Assembly: GCA_035686305.1 (NCBI GenBank)
Contig: DASRZP010000103.1
Span: forward strand, 3,534-67,533
DNA: 64,000 bases
Reading direction: 5' to 3'
Source of the DNA: Thermodesulfovibrionales bacterium
GTDB taxonomy: Bacteria > Nitrospirota > Thermodesulfovibrionia > Thermodesulfovibrionales > UBA9159
The translations under genes and the position numbers were made by a program. Below, in pieces: positions 47,384 to 56,542 of this stretch (positions are counted from its first letter, which is position 1; the number at the start of each line of letters is the position of its first letter). The notes below the pieces were generated by a model. The model was not told the origin of the DNA. It worked only from the letters and a program-made list of their open reading frames with translations, and ran no database searches.

Positions 47384-49660
47384 GTGAGCGGATTACCTGG
47401 GCGCAATCGGGCAGAAGAGAATCTACTCTTCACCCAGTTCGCGGTCGATCACGCGGTTGACGGCATTACCTGGATAGGAAAAGACGGGCGTTTCAGGTAT
47501 GTCAATGATGCCTTCTGCCGGTCTCTCGGTTACTCGCGGGATGAATTATTGTCCATGACGGTTCACGATATCGATCCACATTTTCCGAAGGAGCGATGGG
47601 TCGCCCATTGGGAGGAGCTAAGAAGGCTCGGGCGCAGCGTCATTGAGACCGTCCATCGGACAAAAGACGGAGGGGAAATCCCTGTCGAAATTGCCGTCAA
47701 CCATCATGAATTCGGCGAGGAAGAGTACCATTGCTCTTTTATCCGCAATATCACAGAACGTAAAAAAGTGGAAGAGGCGTTGAAGAAAGCCAGGACCACG
47801 GCTGAAGATGAGAAGGCGAAGACAATGTCCATTCTTTCTGCCATCGGTGACGGTATCAGCATTCAGGACAGGGATTACAGAATCATATACCAGAATCATG
47901 CTGCTAAGAAGCTTGTTGGAGATCACGTTGGAGAATACTGTTACAAGGCGTACCAGGGCAGGGAGAGCGCTTGTGAAGGCTGCCATATCGCCATGTCCTT
48001 TGGAGACGGAGACGTCCATAAGAAGGAGCAACACAGAGTCACCGATGAGGGAATGCGATACTATGACATCATCTCATCTCCCTTGAGAAACTCAGCAGGG
48101 GAGATCGTAGCATGCGTCGAGGCGGTCAGAGACATAACCGAGCAGAGGAAGGTGCAGGCTTTGATTTCCTCGGGCAAGAAGCAGTGGCAAGAAACCTTTG
48201 ATGTGATCAACGACGCAATAACGATTCATGACAGGGATTTTACGGTCATACGAGCGAATAAGGCCGCCCAAGCAATACTCGGATTGTCATTCAGAGAAAT
48301 CATAGGACAGAAGTGTCATCGACTGTATCATGGATTGGATTCTCCCCCGGAAGGCTGTGCCAGTTGCCTCTCTTTGAAGACAGGCAAGCCCTCCACCTTT
48401 GAGACCTTTGAACCCCACCTAGGCAAATATCTTGAGATAAAGGCATTTCCGCAGGTGGATGAAAAAAATGAAGTCGTCAGGTTGGTGCATGTTATAAGGG
48501 ACATCACAGAGCACAAGAAGATGGAGACAGAGGTATTGAAGGCTCAGAAACTCGAATCGATCGGCATCCTTGCCGGGGGAATAGCCCATGATTTCAACAA
48601 TCTCCTTCAGGCAATGATGGGAAATATTTCCCTCGCCAAGATGTTGACGAATCCGAAGGAAAAGACGTTCCCTCTCTTGGAAGAAGCAGAAAAGGCGTCC
48701 GAGCAGGCAAAGGAATTGAGCTACAGGCTCCTAACGTTCAGCAAGGGAGGTGACCCTGTACGATGCATAACCCCTGTGGAAGACATCCTCAGGGAATCCG
48801 TCAGCCTCTGCCTGAGTGGATCGAATGTTGCCGCCAAACTGAGTCTTCCTGAGGACCTTGATCCTGTTGAGGTGGACAGGGGGCAAATGAACCAGGTCTT
48901 CAACAATCTCTTCATCAACGCGAAAGAGGCGATGCCCGAGGGTGGGACAATTGAGATCAGCGCGGCCAATGTCAGGATAACGGGACGCACCGAAGTCCCT
49001 CTCAAGGAGGGGCAGTATGTGAAGATCTCTGTGAAAGACTGTGGCACCGGTATCCCCGAAGAGCATCTCCCGAAGATCTTCGATCCCTATTTCTCGACCA
49101 AGGAAAGGGGAAGCGAGAAAGGCATGGGACTCGGTCTCGCAATCTGCTACTCAATCATTGCGAAACATGGAGGACATATCGCAGTCGAATCCACGGTGGG
49201 AGTCGGCACCACATTCCGTATCTATCTCCCGGCCAGTGCGAAGAAGACCGCAGGAGGGAAACCAGGGATACAGGGAGGTCTCCCCGCTGGCTTGGGACGG
49301 GTCTTGTTCATGGATGACGACGAAAGGGTGAGACGGATAACCGGCGCCATGTTGCAGCAAGTGGGATATGCCGTTGAGTTTGCGAGGAACGGGGAAGAGG
49401 CTATTGAGCGGTACCGGAGAGAGAAGGAAGCAGGGAAGAGGATTGATGCGGTAATTCTCGATCTCACCGTGCAGGGTGGCATGGGTGGAGAGAAGGCTCT
49501 CAGGAGACTCCTTGCGATAGACCCTGAGATAAAGGCGGTTATATCGAGCGGCTATGCTGATGACCCTGTCATGAAGGACTTCAGGGCTTACGGGTTTGTG
49601 GCTGCCATAGCAAAGCCCTATACCGTCGAAAAGCTGAGGGAACTTCTCGGAAAACTCTAA
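47384..49660 (+). CDS. hybrid sensor histidine kinase (multiple PAS domains, HisKA/HATPase, C-terminal receiver)
   Basis: Has several PAS-like repeats, the H-box (GGIAHDFNNLLQAM), N/G boxes (NLFINAKEAM; GMGLGLAI) and a receiver with DAVILDLTVQGGMGG. GTG start with SD GAGGAGG. Confidence 0.85.
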   Translation: MSGLPGRNRAEENLLFTQFAVDHAVDGITWIGKDGRFRYVNDAFCRSLGYSRDELLSMTVHDIDPHFPKERWVAHWEELRRLGRSVIETVHRTKDGGEIPVEIAVNHHEFGEEEYHCSFIRNITERKKVEEALKKARTTAEDEKAKTMSILSAIGDGISIQDRDYRIIYQNHAAKKLVGDHVGEYCYKAYQGRESACEGCHIAMSFGDGDVHKKEQHRVTDEGMRYYDIISSPLRNSAGEIVACVEAVRDITEQRKVQALISSGKKQWQETFDVINDAITIHDRDFTVIRANKAAQAILGLSFREIIGQKCHRLYHGLDSPPEGCASCLSLKTGKPSTFETFEPHLGKYLEIKAFPQVDEKNEVVRLVHVIRDITEHKKMETEVLKAQKLESIGILAGGIAHDFNNLLQAMMGNISLAKMLTNPKEKTFPLLEEAEKASEQAKELSYRLLTFSKGGDPVRCITPVEDILRESVSLCLSGSNVAAKLSLPEDLDPVEVDRGQMNQVFNNLFINAKEAMPEGGTIEISAANVRITGRTEVPLKEGQYVKISVKDCGTGIPEEHLPKIFDPYFSTKERGSEKGMGLGLAICYSIIAKHGGHIAVESTVGVGTTFRIYLPASAKKTAGGKPGIQGGLPAGLGRVLFMDDDERVRRITGAMLQQVGYAVEFARNGEEAIERYRREKEAGKRIDAVILDLTVQGGMGGEKALRRLLAIDPEIKAVISSGYADDPVMKDFRAYGFVAAIAKPYTVEKLRELLGKL

Positions 49661-49816
49661 TTTCATAGAGACCCATTGTTTCTCCCTTGGGACGGCGGCC
49701 CTGGGCCATGGGCGCGCATTGACGGCAGGCCCATTTCTCCCTTCGAGCCCCCGCCTGCGCCAGAAACCCGAGACCAGGTGATCCTGATCTTCCCCGCTAC
49801 GAATTCGTATTAGATA

Positions 49817-49825
49817 TGCTACAAT
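49817..49825 (+). promoter_or_regulatory. extended -10 box (TGcTACAAT) 6 nt upstream of the PilZ-gene ATG; no SD
   Basis: The sequence is ataTGcTACAATacgcccATG. The spacing would place a transcription start at or next to the ATG, suggesting a leaderless mRNA. Confidence 0.35.
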
Positions 49826-49831
49826 ACGCCC

Positions 49832-50188
49832 ATGGAAAAGAGGAGTTCCAGGAGAATAACGGTCAACCTCAGGGCAGAGCGTATCTCCGGAGACCAGAAC
49901 TACACGGTCTTCCTTGAAAACGTCTCAGAGAACGGCATCCATATGATAACAACGCCTGCAGATATCCACAAGAAATATGCTCCCGGCACAAAGGTCGTCC
50001 TGAAATTCCGCCTCCCCTCGGGAGAGGTCCTCAATCTCGGATGCAGAGTGCGATGGGCCCATTACAGGATCCCTCCTGACAAATCAACCGACAGCATAGG
50101 CCTCGAGATCATCGAAAAGCCAGAGAGATACGTCGAATTCGTAAGATCACTCCATCAGCCTTCGCCGCACGATATCAAGACCCGCTAA
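49832..50188 (+). CDS. PilZ-domain protein (putative c-di-GMP receptor)
   Basis: RRxxR-like SSRRITVNLRAE and D/NxSxxG (ENVSENGIHM) motifs. 118 aa. Confidence 0.75.
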   Translation: MEKRSSRRITVNLRAERISGDQNYTVFLENVSENGIHMITTPADIHKKYAPGTKVVLKFRLPSGEVLNLGCRVRWAHYRIPPDKSTDSIGLEIIEKPERYVEFVRSLHQPSPHDIKTR

Positions 50189-50191
50189 GAC

Positions 50192-50791
50192 ATGCCGGAT
50201 ATCCTCAAAAACATCATCTCTGCCTTTATTCCGATCTTTGTGGCCATCGACATCTTTGCCGTTCTTCCGATATTCATATCCATGACTGAAGGGATGTCGC
50301 ACGAGAAGATCAGGGCCGTCGAGAGGGACTCCGTCATCACCGCCATTGTCGTCGGTCTCAGTTTCACGGCCTTGGGAGAAGCCATATTCAATACGCTCAG
50401 CATAACCGTAAACGATTTCAAGATTGCCGGAGGCTTGGTGCTCCTCATCTTTGCGGTACTCGACCTCATGGGACATACGGGAACGAGGCAGCAGCCTGCA
50501 GGGAAATGGGGTGTTGTACCGATGGGAGTTCCGCTCATTGTGGGACCTGCGGTCCTGACCACGATCCTCGTCCTCATTGACCATTATGGGATCTTCGCGA
50601 CCGTCGCCTCCTTCGTCATAAATCTTGCCGTCGTCTGGATTGCGCTAAGGTCCGCTCAGAAGATCGTCCATATCCTCGGAAGGGGAGGAATCCTGGCAGT
50701 CTCCAAGATCATGGCGCTTCTCCTCGCCTCAATAGCGGTCATGATGATCCGCCTCGGCATCGAGAATATTGTCAGGGGCCATGCCATGTGA
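50192..50791 (+). CDS. MarC/UPF0056 family integral membrane protein
   Basis: 199 aa with 6 predicted TM segments. FIPIFVAIDIFAVLPIF and GVPLIVGPAVLTT are typical of the MarC family. Confidence 0.8.
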   Translation: MPDILKNIISAFIPIFVAIDIFAVLPIFISMTEGMSHEKIRAVERDSVITAIVVGLSFTALGEAIFNTLSITVNDFKIAGGLVLLIFAVLDLMGHTGTRQQPAGKWGVVPMGVPLIVGPAVLTTILVLIDHYGIFATVASFVINLAVVWIALRSAQKIVHILGRGGILAVSKIMALLLASIAVMMIRLGIENIVRGHAM

Positions 50792-50795
50792 GGGG

Positions 50796-50824
50796 TTGAC
50801 TTTCTCGTTTCGCGATGGTATAAA
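50796..50824 (+). promoter_or_regulatory. sigma-70 promoter of the cold-shock gene
   Basis: TTGACT, a 17-nt spacer and TATAAA. This leaves a 5' UTR of about 90 nt, consistent with long csp leaders. Confidence 0.5.
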
Positions 50825-50913
50825 AAAACATCCTGTTTTGCAGGTTTCATTTTTCATCCCTTTTATGAGGCGCCAACGCGGCTCTCATAGGGAAAAAGGA
50901 GGAAGTAAGAAGC

Positions 50914-51117
50914 ATGCCGTTCGAAGGGAAAGTCAAGTGGTTTAATGAAACTAAGGGGTATGGTTTCATCCAGCAGGACAACGGACCGGACGTATTCGTC
51001 CATTATTCGGCAATCTCTAATGAGGGGTTCAAGACCCTTGCCGAAGGCCAGAGGGTCCAGTTCGATGTCGTTGAAGGAGACAAGGGACTAAAAGCAGCAA
51101 ATGTTATGAAGATATAG
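50914..51117 (+). CDS. cspA: cold-shock protein (CspA family)
   Basis: [15 protein letters not shown] (RNP1) and DVFVHYS (RNP2). 67 aa. Confidence 0.95.
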   Translation: MPFEGKVKWFNETKGYGFIQQDNGPDVFVHYSAISNEGFKTLAEGQRVQFDVVEGDKGLKAANVMKI

Positions 51118-51134
51118 TAACATTTGAACAACGA

Positions 51135-51170
51135 CGGGTGAGGAGATCATGAACTTCTCACCCGTTTTTT
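51135..51170 (+). terminator. intrinsic terminator after csp
   Basis: CGGGTGAG-14 nt-CTCACCCG followed by TTTTTT. Confidence 0.8.
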
Positions 51171-51183
51171 ATTGGAGGGGATC

Positions 51184-51666
51184 ATGATCCTCGGCATAAT
51201 CTCAGACTCGCATGACGACATGGCATCAATAGCGTGGGCCGTCGATCTCTTCAATGCCAGGGGAGCTTCTCACGTCATTCATGCCGGAGACATCATCTCA
51301 CCCTTCACCTTCGAGGTCTTCCGGGAACTGGTCTGCCCATTCACGGGCATCTTCGGCAACAATGATGGCGACAAGCTTCTCCTGAGGGAGAAATCCGGCG
51401 GAACTATTCATAAGCAGCCTTACATCATGACGCTCCAGGGAAAGAAGATCGTTATCCTCCATGAACCCGATCTCGTTGCGGCCCTCGGGGAAAGCGGAGA
51501 CTTCGACATCGTCATTTATGGGCATACGCACAGGCCCGACGTGCGAAAGATGACCAACGTCCTTGTCGTGAACCCCGGGAAACTCGCGAGACTCAACAAG
51601 GGGAAAGCGACCCTTGCCCTCCTCGATATGGATTCGATGGAGGCGGAGATTATCACGCTTCCATAA
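51184..51666 (+). CDS. YfcE/MJ0936-family metallophosphoesterase
   Basis: ISDSHDD, HAGD, GNND and GHTH are the calcineurin-like phosphoesterase motifs. The start is taken at the ATG at 51184. Confidence 0.8.
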   Translation: MILGIISDSHDDMASIAWAVDLFNARGASHVIHAGDIISPFTFEVFRELVCPFTGIFGNNDGDKLLLREKSGGTIHKQPYIMTLQGKKIVILHEPDLVAALGESGDFDIVIYGHTHRPDVRKMTNVLVVNPGKLARLNKGKATLALLDMDSMEAEIITLP

Positions 51667-51798
51667 TGCGTGAATCCGCTTTTCTTGTACGACTCTCCTT
51701 ACGCAATGTCTCAGTGCAAATAGATGTCTTGTCCGGCCTTCTCTTCTTGTAAGAGCACAGGGCTTTATGGTAATCTCATCCTCAGCAACGGAGGTCTC

Positions 51799-52347
51799 AT
51801 GGTAAAGAACGACAGGTGGATACGGGAGATGGCCTCAAAGGGGATGATAACGCCCTTTGAAGAGCGGCAGAAACGTGAAGGAGTAATATCTTCAGGCGTG
51901 AGCTCCTACGGCTACGACATGAGGATATCCGATGAGTTCAAGATCTTCACGAACATCAATACGACGATCGTTGATCCCAAGGACTTCGACCCTAAGAGTT
52001 TTGTGGACTTCAAAGGTGACATATGCATTGTCCCTCCCAACTCCTTTGTCCTCGGCTCTTCTGTCGAATACTTCAGGATCCCCAGGGATGTGATTGTCAT
52101 CTGCCTCGGGAAGTCGACCTATGCGAGGTGCGGGATGGTCGTTAACGTGACCCCCCTTGAGCCTGAGTGGGAAGGCCATGTGACGATCGAGATATCGAAC
52201 ACGACGCCTCTCCCCGCAAAGATATATGCAAATGAAGGTATCGCCCAACTCCTCTTTCTGACGGGCTCGGAGGTCTGCGAGACTTCATACGCAGACAAGG
52301 CAGGGAAGTACCAGGCACAGAGGGGCATCACCCTGCCGAGGATGTAG
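51799..52347 (+). CDS. dcd: dCTP deaminase
   Basis: The start is taken at Met26 of the track ORF ([11 protein letters not shown]...). SSYGYDMRI and GKSTYARCG are Dcd motifs. Confidence 0.9.
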   Translation: MVKNDRWIREMASKGMITPFEERQKREGVISSGVSSYGYDMRISDEFKIFTNINTTIVDPKDFDPKSFVDFKGDICIVPPNSFVLGSSVEYFRIPRDVIVICLGKSTYARCGMVVNVTPLEPEWEGHVTIEISNTTPLPAKIYANEGIAQLLFLTGSEVCETSYADKAGKYQAQRGITLPRM

Positions 52348-52348
52348 C

Positions 52349-53068
52349 GTGCCGGCAAAGGAGAAGATCATCCTCGCCCTCGATGTTTCCGACGGCATGC
52401 AGGCCATCGAGCTTATGGAGACCTTCAGGGACCATGTGAACATATTCAAGGTGGGCCTCGAATTGTTCGTCTCCGCGGGATCCGGTATTGTGGACGAGTT
52501 CCATAAGAGAGGGAAAAGGGTCTTCCTCGATCTCAAGTTCCATGATATTCCGAACACTGTTTCCAGGGCAGCGATGGCAGCAACAAGGCTCGGCGTATTC
52601 ATGTTCAACATCCATACAACGGGCGGCCTTGACATGATGAGGAGATGCAGGGAGGCTGTTGTTGAATTGTGCCTGAAAGAGAATATCGAGAGGCCGAAGA
52701 TTCTGGGAGTAACGGTTCTTACCGGACTTACCCAGGATGCACTCAGAAATGAACTCGGCGTCCAGCACAGTCTGAAGACCCATGTAAAGCACCTTTCAAA
52801 ATTGGCTCATGAAGCTGGTCTTGACGGTGTTGTGGCGTCAGGCCATGAGGCTGCGTCGATACGGGACCATCTTGGCAAGAAATTTCTCATCATCACACCC
52901 GGGATCAGGGCATCCTGGAGTCCTCCCGACGACCAGAGGCGGACTGTTACGCCCCGCCAGGCAATCAGGGAAGGCGCCGATTATCTGGTCCTCGGGAGGA
53001 CGGTCTTCAATCAGCCCGATCCCCTGAAGGCCCTCGAGTTGATCACGACTGAAGTCCTCACCGCGTAA
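52349..53068 (+). CDS. pyrF: orotidine 5'-phosphate decarboxylase
   Basis: ILALDV, FLDLKFHDIPNT and the C-terminal GADYLVLGR motifs. GTG start 1 nt after the dcd stop. Confidence 0.9.
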   Translation: MPAKEKIILALDVSDGMQAIELMETFRDHVNIFKVGLELFVSAGSGIVDEFHKRGKRVFLDLKFHDIPNTVSRAAMAATRLGVFMFNIHTTGGLDMMRRCREAVVELCLKENIERPKILGVTVLTGLTQDALRNELGVQHSLKTHVKHLSKLAHEAGLDGVVASGHEAASIRDHLGKKFLIITPGIRASWSPPDDQRRTVTPRQAIREGADYLVLGRTVFNQPDPLKALELITTEVLTA

Positions 53069-53070
53069 CC

Positions 53071-54558
53071 ATGCAGGACAGCGCCTTTGCCCCTTCGGTA
53101 ACAAAAGAAGAGTTCCTCGCCCTTTGCGGCAGCGGACCGGTCCCTCCTCTCTATGTTGAGATACCCTATCTCGCTCCTGAACAGGCATATCCCCTCTTTT
53201 CAGGGCCTGAATCCTTTCTCCTCGAAAGTGTAAAAGGACCGGAAAAGATCGCACGATACTCCTTCCTTGGCTTCGAACCCTCCATGACCTTCAAGGTCAA
53301 AGACGGGATTGTTGAGATAGCGGCTGAGGAACAGTCATCACTGTCAAGGGAGAGGCCCCTGAAGAGCCTTAACCAGATCCTCCACAGATATCTCCAGAAG
53401 CCCCTGCCCGAACTTCCACCCTTTCAGGGTGGCCTCGTGGGGTTCTTGAGCTATGATTTCGTCCACTATCTCGAGAGGCTTCCGAAGACTACAGCCGACG
53501 ATCTCAGAATCCCCGATGCCCATTTCTTCATCATCGACCGGCTCATCGCCTTCGACCATATCGGGAGGAAGGCATGGATCATTGTATGTCCGGGAGCGAG
53601 AAGCGCTGCAAGGGACCGTGCCCAGTGGTATGAAGAAGCAGAAGATGCCCTTGCCCGGATAGGGAAAACGCTTAGTGCGGGCAAGGAGAGAAAGAGATCA
53701 GGAAAGGCACGTCTGGTACCTCCAAAGATCGAGCTCCTTCACGAGATGAAGAAGGAACAATACCTGGACATGGTGAGGAGGGCAAAGGAGTATATTGCGG
53801 CAGGAGACATCTTCCAGGCAAACCTCTCACAGAGGGTCTCAGCCTATGTGGGAGGACTGGAGCCGTGGGATCTCTATATGACCCTCAGGACAATAAACCC
53901 CTCCCCCTTCGCCGGGCTCATCGATTTCGGCAGCTACTCCATCGTCAGCTCGTCCCCTGAGAGGCTGGTCCGTCTGAAGGACTGCGTGGCAGAGGTCCGG
54001 CCCATAGCCGGCACAAGACCGAGGGGTAAGGACATGAAGGAAGACAAGAGGATGAGAGAAGAATTGCTCTTGAACGAAAAGGAACGGGCCGAACACATCA
54101 TGCTCATCGACCTCGAGAGAAACGACCTCGGTAAAGTCTGCGACTACGGAAGCATAGAGGTCGATGAACTGATGATAACCGAAGACTACTCCCATGTCAT
54201 CCATATCGTTTCGAATGTGCGCGGGGTGCTTGCCAGGAACAAGACGGCCATCGATGTCATTCGTGCGGTCTTCCCAGGTGGCACCATCACCGGTGTTCCG
54301 AAGGTGAGGTGCATGGAGATCATCGATGAACTGGAACCGGTCCGGCGGGGCCCCTATACCGGCTCCATGGGCTATGTCGGGTTTTCAGGAAATATGGACC
54401 TGAACATCATCATACGGACCTTTGTAATCAAGGACGGATATGCGTATGTTCAGGCAGGCGCAGGCATTGTTGCCGATTCAGACCCCGAGCGGGAGTTCCA
54501 CGAGACCCTCAAGAAGGCCGAGGCCCTCATAAAGACCCTGGAACGCATAAAGATCTGA
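53071..54558 (+). CDS. chorismate-utilising enzyme: anthranilate synthase component I or aminodeoxychorismate synthase component I
   Basis: SPERL...RPIAGTRPRG, MLIDLERNDLGKV and GGTITGVPKVRCMEII are TrpE/PabB motifs. No adjacent glutamine amidotransferase subunit, so TrpE versus PabB is unresolved. Confidence 0.85.
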   Translation: MQDSAFAPSVTKEEFLALCGSGPVPPLYVEIPYLAPEQAYPLFSGPESFLLESVKGPEKIARYSFLGFEPSMTFKVKDGIVEIAAEEQSSLSRERPLKSLNQILHRYLQKPLPELPPFQGGLVGFLSYDFVHYLERLPKTTADDLRIPDAHFFIIDRLIAFDHIGRKAWIIVCPGARSAARDRAQWYEEAEDALARIGKTLSAGKERKRSGKARLVPPKIELLHEMKKEQYLDMVRRAKEYIAAGDIFQANLSQRVSAYVGGLEPWDLYMTLRTINPSPFAGLIDFGSYSIVSSSPERLVRLKDCVAEVRPIAGTRPRGKDMKEDKRMREELLLNEKERAEHIMLIDLERNDLGKVCDYGSIEVDELMITEDYSHVIHIVSNVRGVLARNKTAIDVIRAVFPGGTITGVPKVRCMEIIDELEPVRRGPYTGSMGYVGFSGNMDLNIIIRTFVIKDGYAYVQAGAGIVADSDPEREFHETLKKAEALIKTLERIKI

Positions 54559-54625
54559 ACCCCGGGGCACGCGCCAAGGATCTCGGTCTCACTGCCCTAT
54601 CAGGTTAGAGTGGGTCGACTGTCTG

Positions 54626-55360
54626 TTACTGGTCTACTTCAAGCTCCCTGAGCCTGATTTCGACCCTCCTGTTCTGGGCCCTCTGCTCGGGTGTGTCATT
54701 GGGGGCGACAGGACGGTGATCGGCATTCCCTTTGATCGAGAGATGGGACGGATCAATCCCATGGACACCGATAAAGTACCTCAGGACACTTGCGGCACGG
54801 GCGACAGATAATTCCCAGTTCGAGGGGTAGAGCCGACTCTTAATCGGGACGTTGTCGGTATGGCCATCAATCTCGACTGCATAGGAAGGATGTCTCCTGA
54901 TAATCCCGGCAATGTTATCGAGAACCGGACCAGAGTCTTTCAGGATCTCAGCCTCTCCCGGTCTGAAGGTGACGTTCTCCTTCATGGTAATAACAATCCC
55001 TTTCCTGATTGTCTCGACTGAAACATCCTGCTCCATCTTGAGGTCCCTGATGAGGGAATTCATCTCGCTTCTCATCTTTTCAGCTGCCGCCGGGAGGGGT
55101 GTCTTCAGCCCCGTCTCTGCTAATGGAACCTCCGCAGAACTGTCTTCTCTAATCCTTTTGTCCTTGCCCGCATTCTTCGTCATCACAAAGGACATGATGA
55201 AGAACACAAGAAGAAGGGACAGCACGTCGCTCAGCGTGATGAGCCAGTTGCTGTCGCTGTCAAGAGACAATTCCGAACTCTGGACCGATCTGGGGTGGAG
55301 GGAGGGGTAAACACCCGTCCTCCTATTCGGCTTGCTGATTTCGCAGGTCGAGCTCTTCAT
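54626..55360 (-). CDS. motB: MotB-like stator protein (OmpA-family peptidoglycan-binding C-terminus)
   Basis: A single TM segment carries the conserved Asp (WLITLSDVLSLLLVFF). OmpA-like C-terminus: GHTDNVP...SNWELSVARAASVLRY...NRRVEI. Confidence 0.8.
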   Translation of the reverse strand: MKSSTCEISKPNRRTGVYPSLHPRSVQSSELSLDSDSNWLITLSDVLSLLLVFFIMSFVMTKNAGKDKRIREDSSAEVPLAETGLKTPLPAAAEKMRSEMNSLIRDLKMEQDVSVETIRKGIVITMKENVTFRPGEAEILKDSGPVLDNIAGIIRRHPSYAVEIDGHTDNVPIKSRLYPSNWELSVARAASVLRYFIGVHGIDPSHLSIKGNADHRPVAPNDTPEQRAQNRRVEIRLRELEVDQ

Positions 55361-55368
55361 AATATACG

Positions 55369-56169
55369 CTAGGCCCCGCTAAGGCTCTTGGTCATGGAGA
55401 GCTCAGTCCCCGCACCCTGGAACGTGGTTCCGCCCGCATCACTGCACCCTCTCATCCTCTCTTCGATCCTCAGGGGATGTTCCATGTTATTCATTGCCAC
55501 GACTCCCTCGATCGTGATGTACATGAGTGTCTCGGAGTCTGTGGTCCTGTCCTTCAGTTTCGCGGACAGGGGAAGCATGAAAAGGTTCGATAGTACCACG
55601 CCGTAAAAGGTGGACATGAGGGCAACAGCCATAAGAGGAGCGATGGTATCAACAGACTGGAGATGCTTGAACATCTTGATGAGACTTATGACCGTACCTG
55701 CAAGGCCAAAGGACGGCGTGAGACGGGCAGCGGTCTTCAGCATGTTCTGACTGCAGCGGTGATTCACAATCTTGATGGCCATCTCCCGCTCCATGATATT
55801 CCTTATATCGTCACTCCTGTGGTGGTTTATGATGAGGTTTACGCCGAGACGGAGGAAATCGTCTCTTGTTGCCTTCATCCTTCTCTCGATGCCGCGGATA
55901 TCGGCCTTCCGGTAGATCCGTGCAATCTCGAGGGTCTCTTTTATCAGGGTCTCCCTGTCGGTTCCGCCGGTAAAGGTATCGATGACGTCACGGACGGTCT
56001 CACGGATCCTCACAAAGGGAAAACCGATGAGGAGTGCAACAAGGGTCCCGCCGATAACAATGAAGATGGCGTCCGGGTTCAGGAGCATGGTTACGCCGAT
56101 GTCCCTGAATATGGTCACAAGAAAGGCCAACACGCCGGTTATCAACGCTGCTCCTACGATGAGATTCAT
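55369..56169 (-). CDS. motA: MotA/TolQ/ExbB-family proton-channel stator protein
   Basis: The start is taken at Met29 of the track ORF (ATG at 56169, SD GAGGAGG). The protein has 4 TM segments, and the C-terminal TFYGVVLSNLFMLPLSAKL is MotA-like. Confidence 0.8.
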   Translation of the reverse strand: MNLIVGAALITGVLAFLVTIFRDIGVTMLLNPDAIFIVIGGTLVALLIGFPFVRIRETVRDVIDTFTGGTDRETLIKETLEIARIYRKADIRGIERRMKATRDDFLRLGVNLIINHHRSDDIRNIMEREMAIKIVNHRCSQNMLKTAARLTPSFGLAGTVISLIKMFKHLQSVDTIAPLMAVALMSTFYGVVLSNLFMLPLSAKLKDRTTDSETLMYITIEGVVAMNNMEHPLRIEERMRGCSDAGGTTFQGAGTELSMTKSLSGA

Positions 56170-56211
56170 GCCAATCCTCCTCGATATGTTCTTCGATCCT
56201 GCCTGGGGCAA

Positions 56212-56227
56212 AGCAACTGACATGCCA
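56212..56227 (-). promoter_or_regulatory. sigma-54 (-24/-12) promoter upstream of motA
   Basis: The minus strand reads TGGCATGtcagTTGCT against the consensus TGGCACG-N4-TTGCW, with correct GG-N10-GC spacing. The -12 element lies about 42 nt upstream of the motA ATG. Confidence 0.55.
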
Positions 56228-56542
56228 GAAAACGGGACAGAAGCGTGAGGCACACCATGAGGAATAACGGGCAGTTAGCTGCTCCCGATAAATGACGATG
56301 GAGATCAGGAGAGGAAGAATTTTCCCGGCAGACAATTTTTTCCTGTATGGAGCAGAAGCAGAAAGACCCGATTCCCGATGAACGGAGGGGACACTGGACT
56401 TGGCGCCGTCTTCATCCTTCAGAAGCTCCCAGATGTATTCCTGCACCTTTAGCCGAACCATATCCTCTGATACCTCAAGTACGTCGCACTTGACGACATC
56501 GCCTTCTCGGTGATACCCTTTCTCATTGGAAAAGGCCTTCTT

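Noticed and set aside
54626-56169. MotA/MotB homologues considered as a possible Zorya (ZorA/ZorB) anti-phage system.
   Set aside because: This MotA is about 266 aa, without the long C-terminal tail I expect of ZorA. No ZorC/ZorD-like or other helicase/nuclease genes are adjacent. The nearby sigma-54 promoter fits a motility-type stator better.
56190-56230. A possible fourth, degenerate copy of the dispersed element upstream of motA. It shares GTTGC-N7-CAGGCAGG-ATCGA with copy C at the same spacing.
   Set aside because: The GTTGC here is the -12 element of a near-consensus sigma-54 promoter, and the match is only about 20 nt. The promoter explains it adequately. Copies A-C do not have GG-N10-GC spacing, so they are not sigma-54 promoters.
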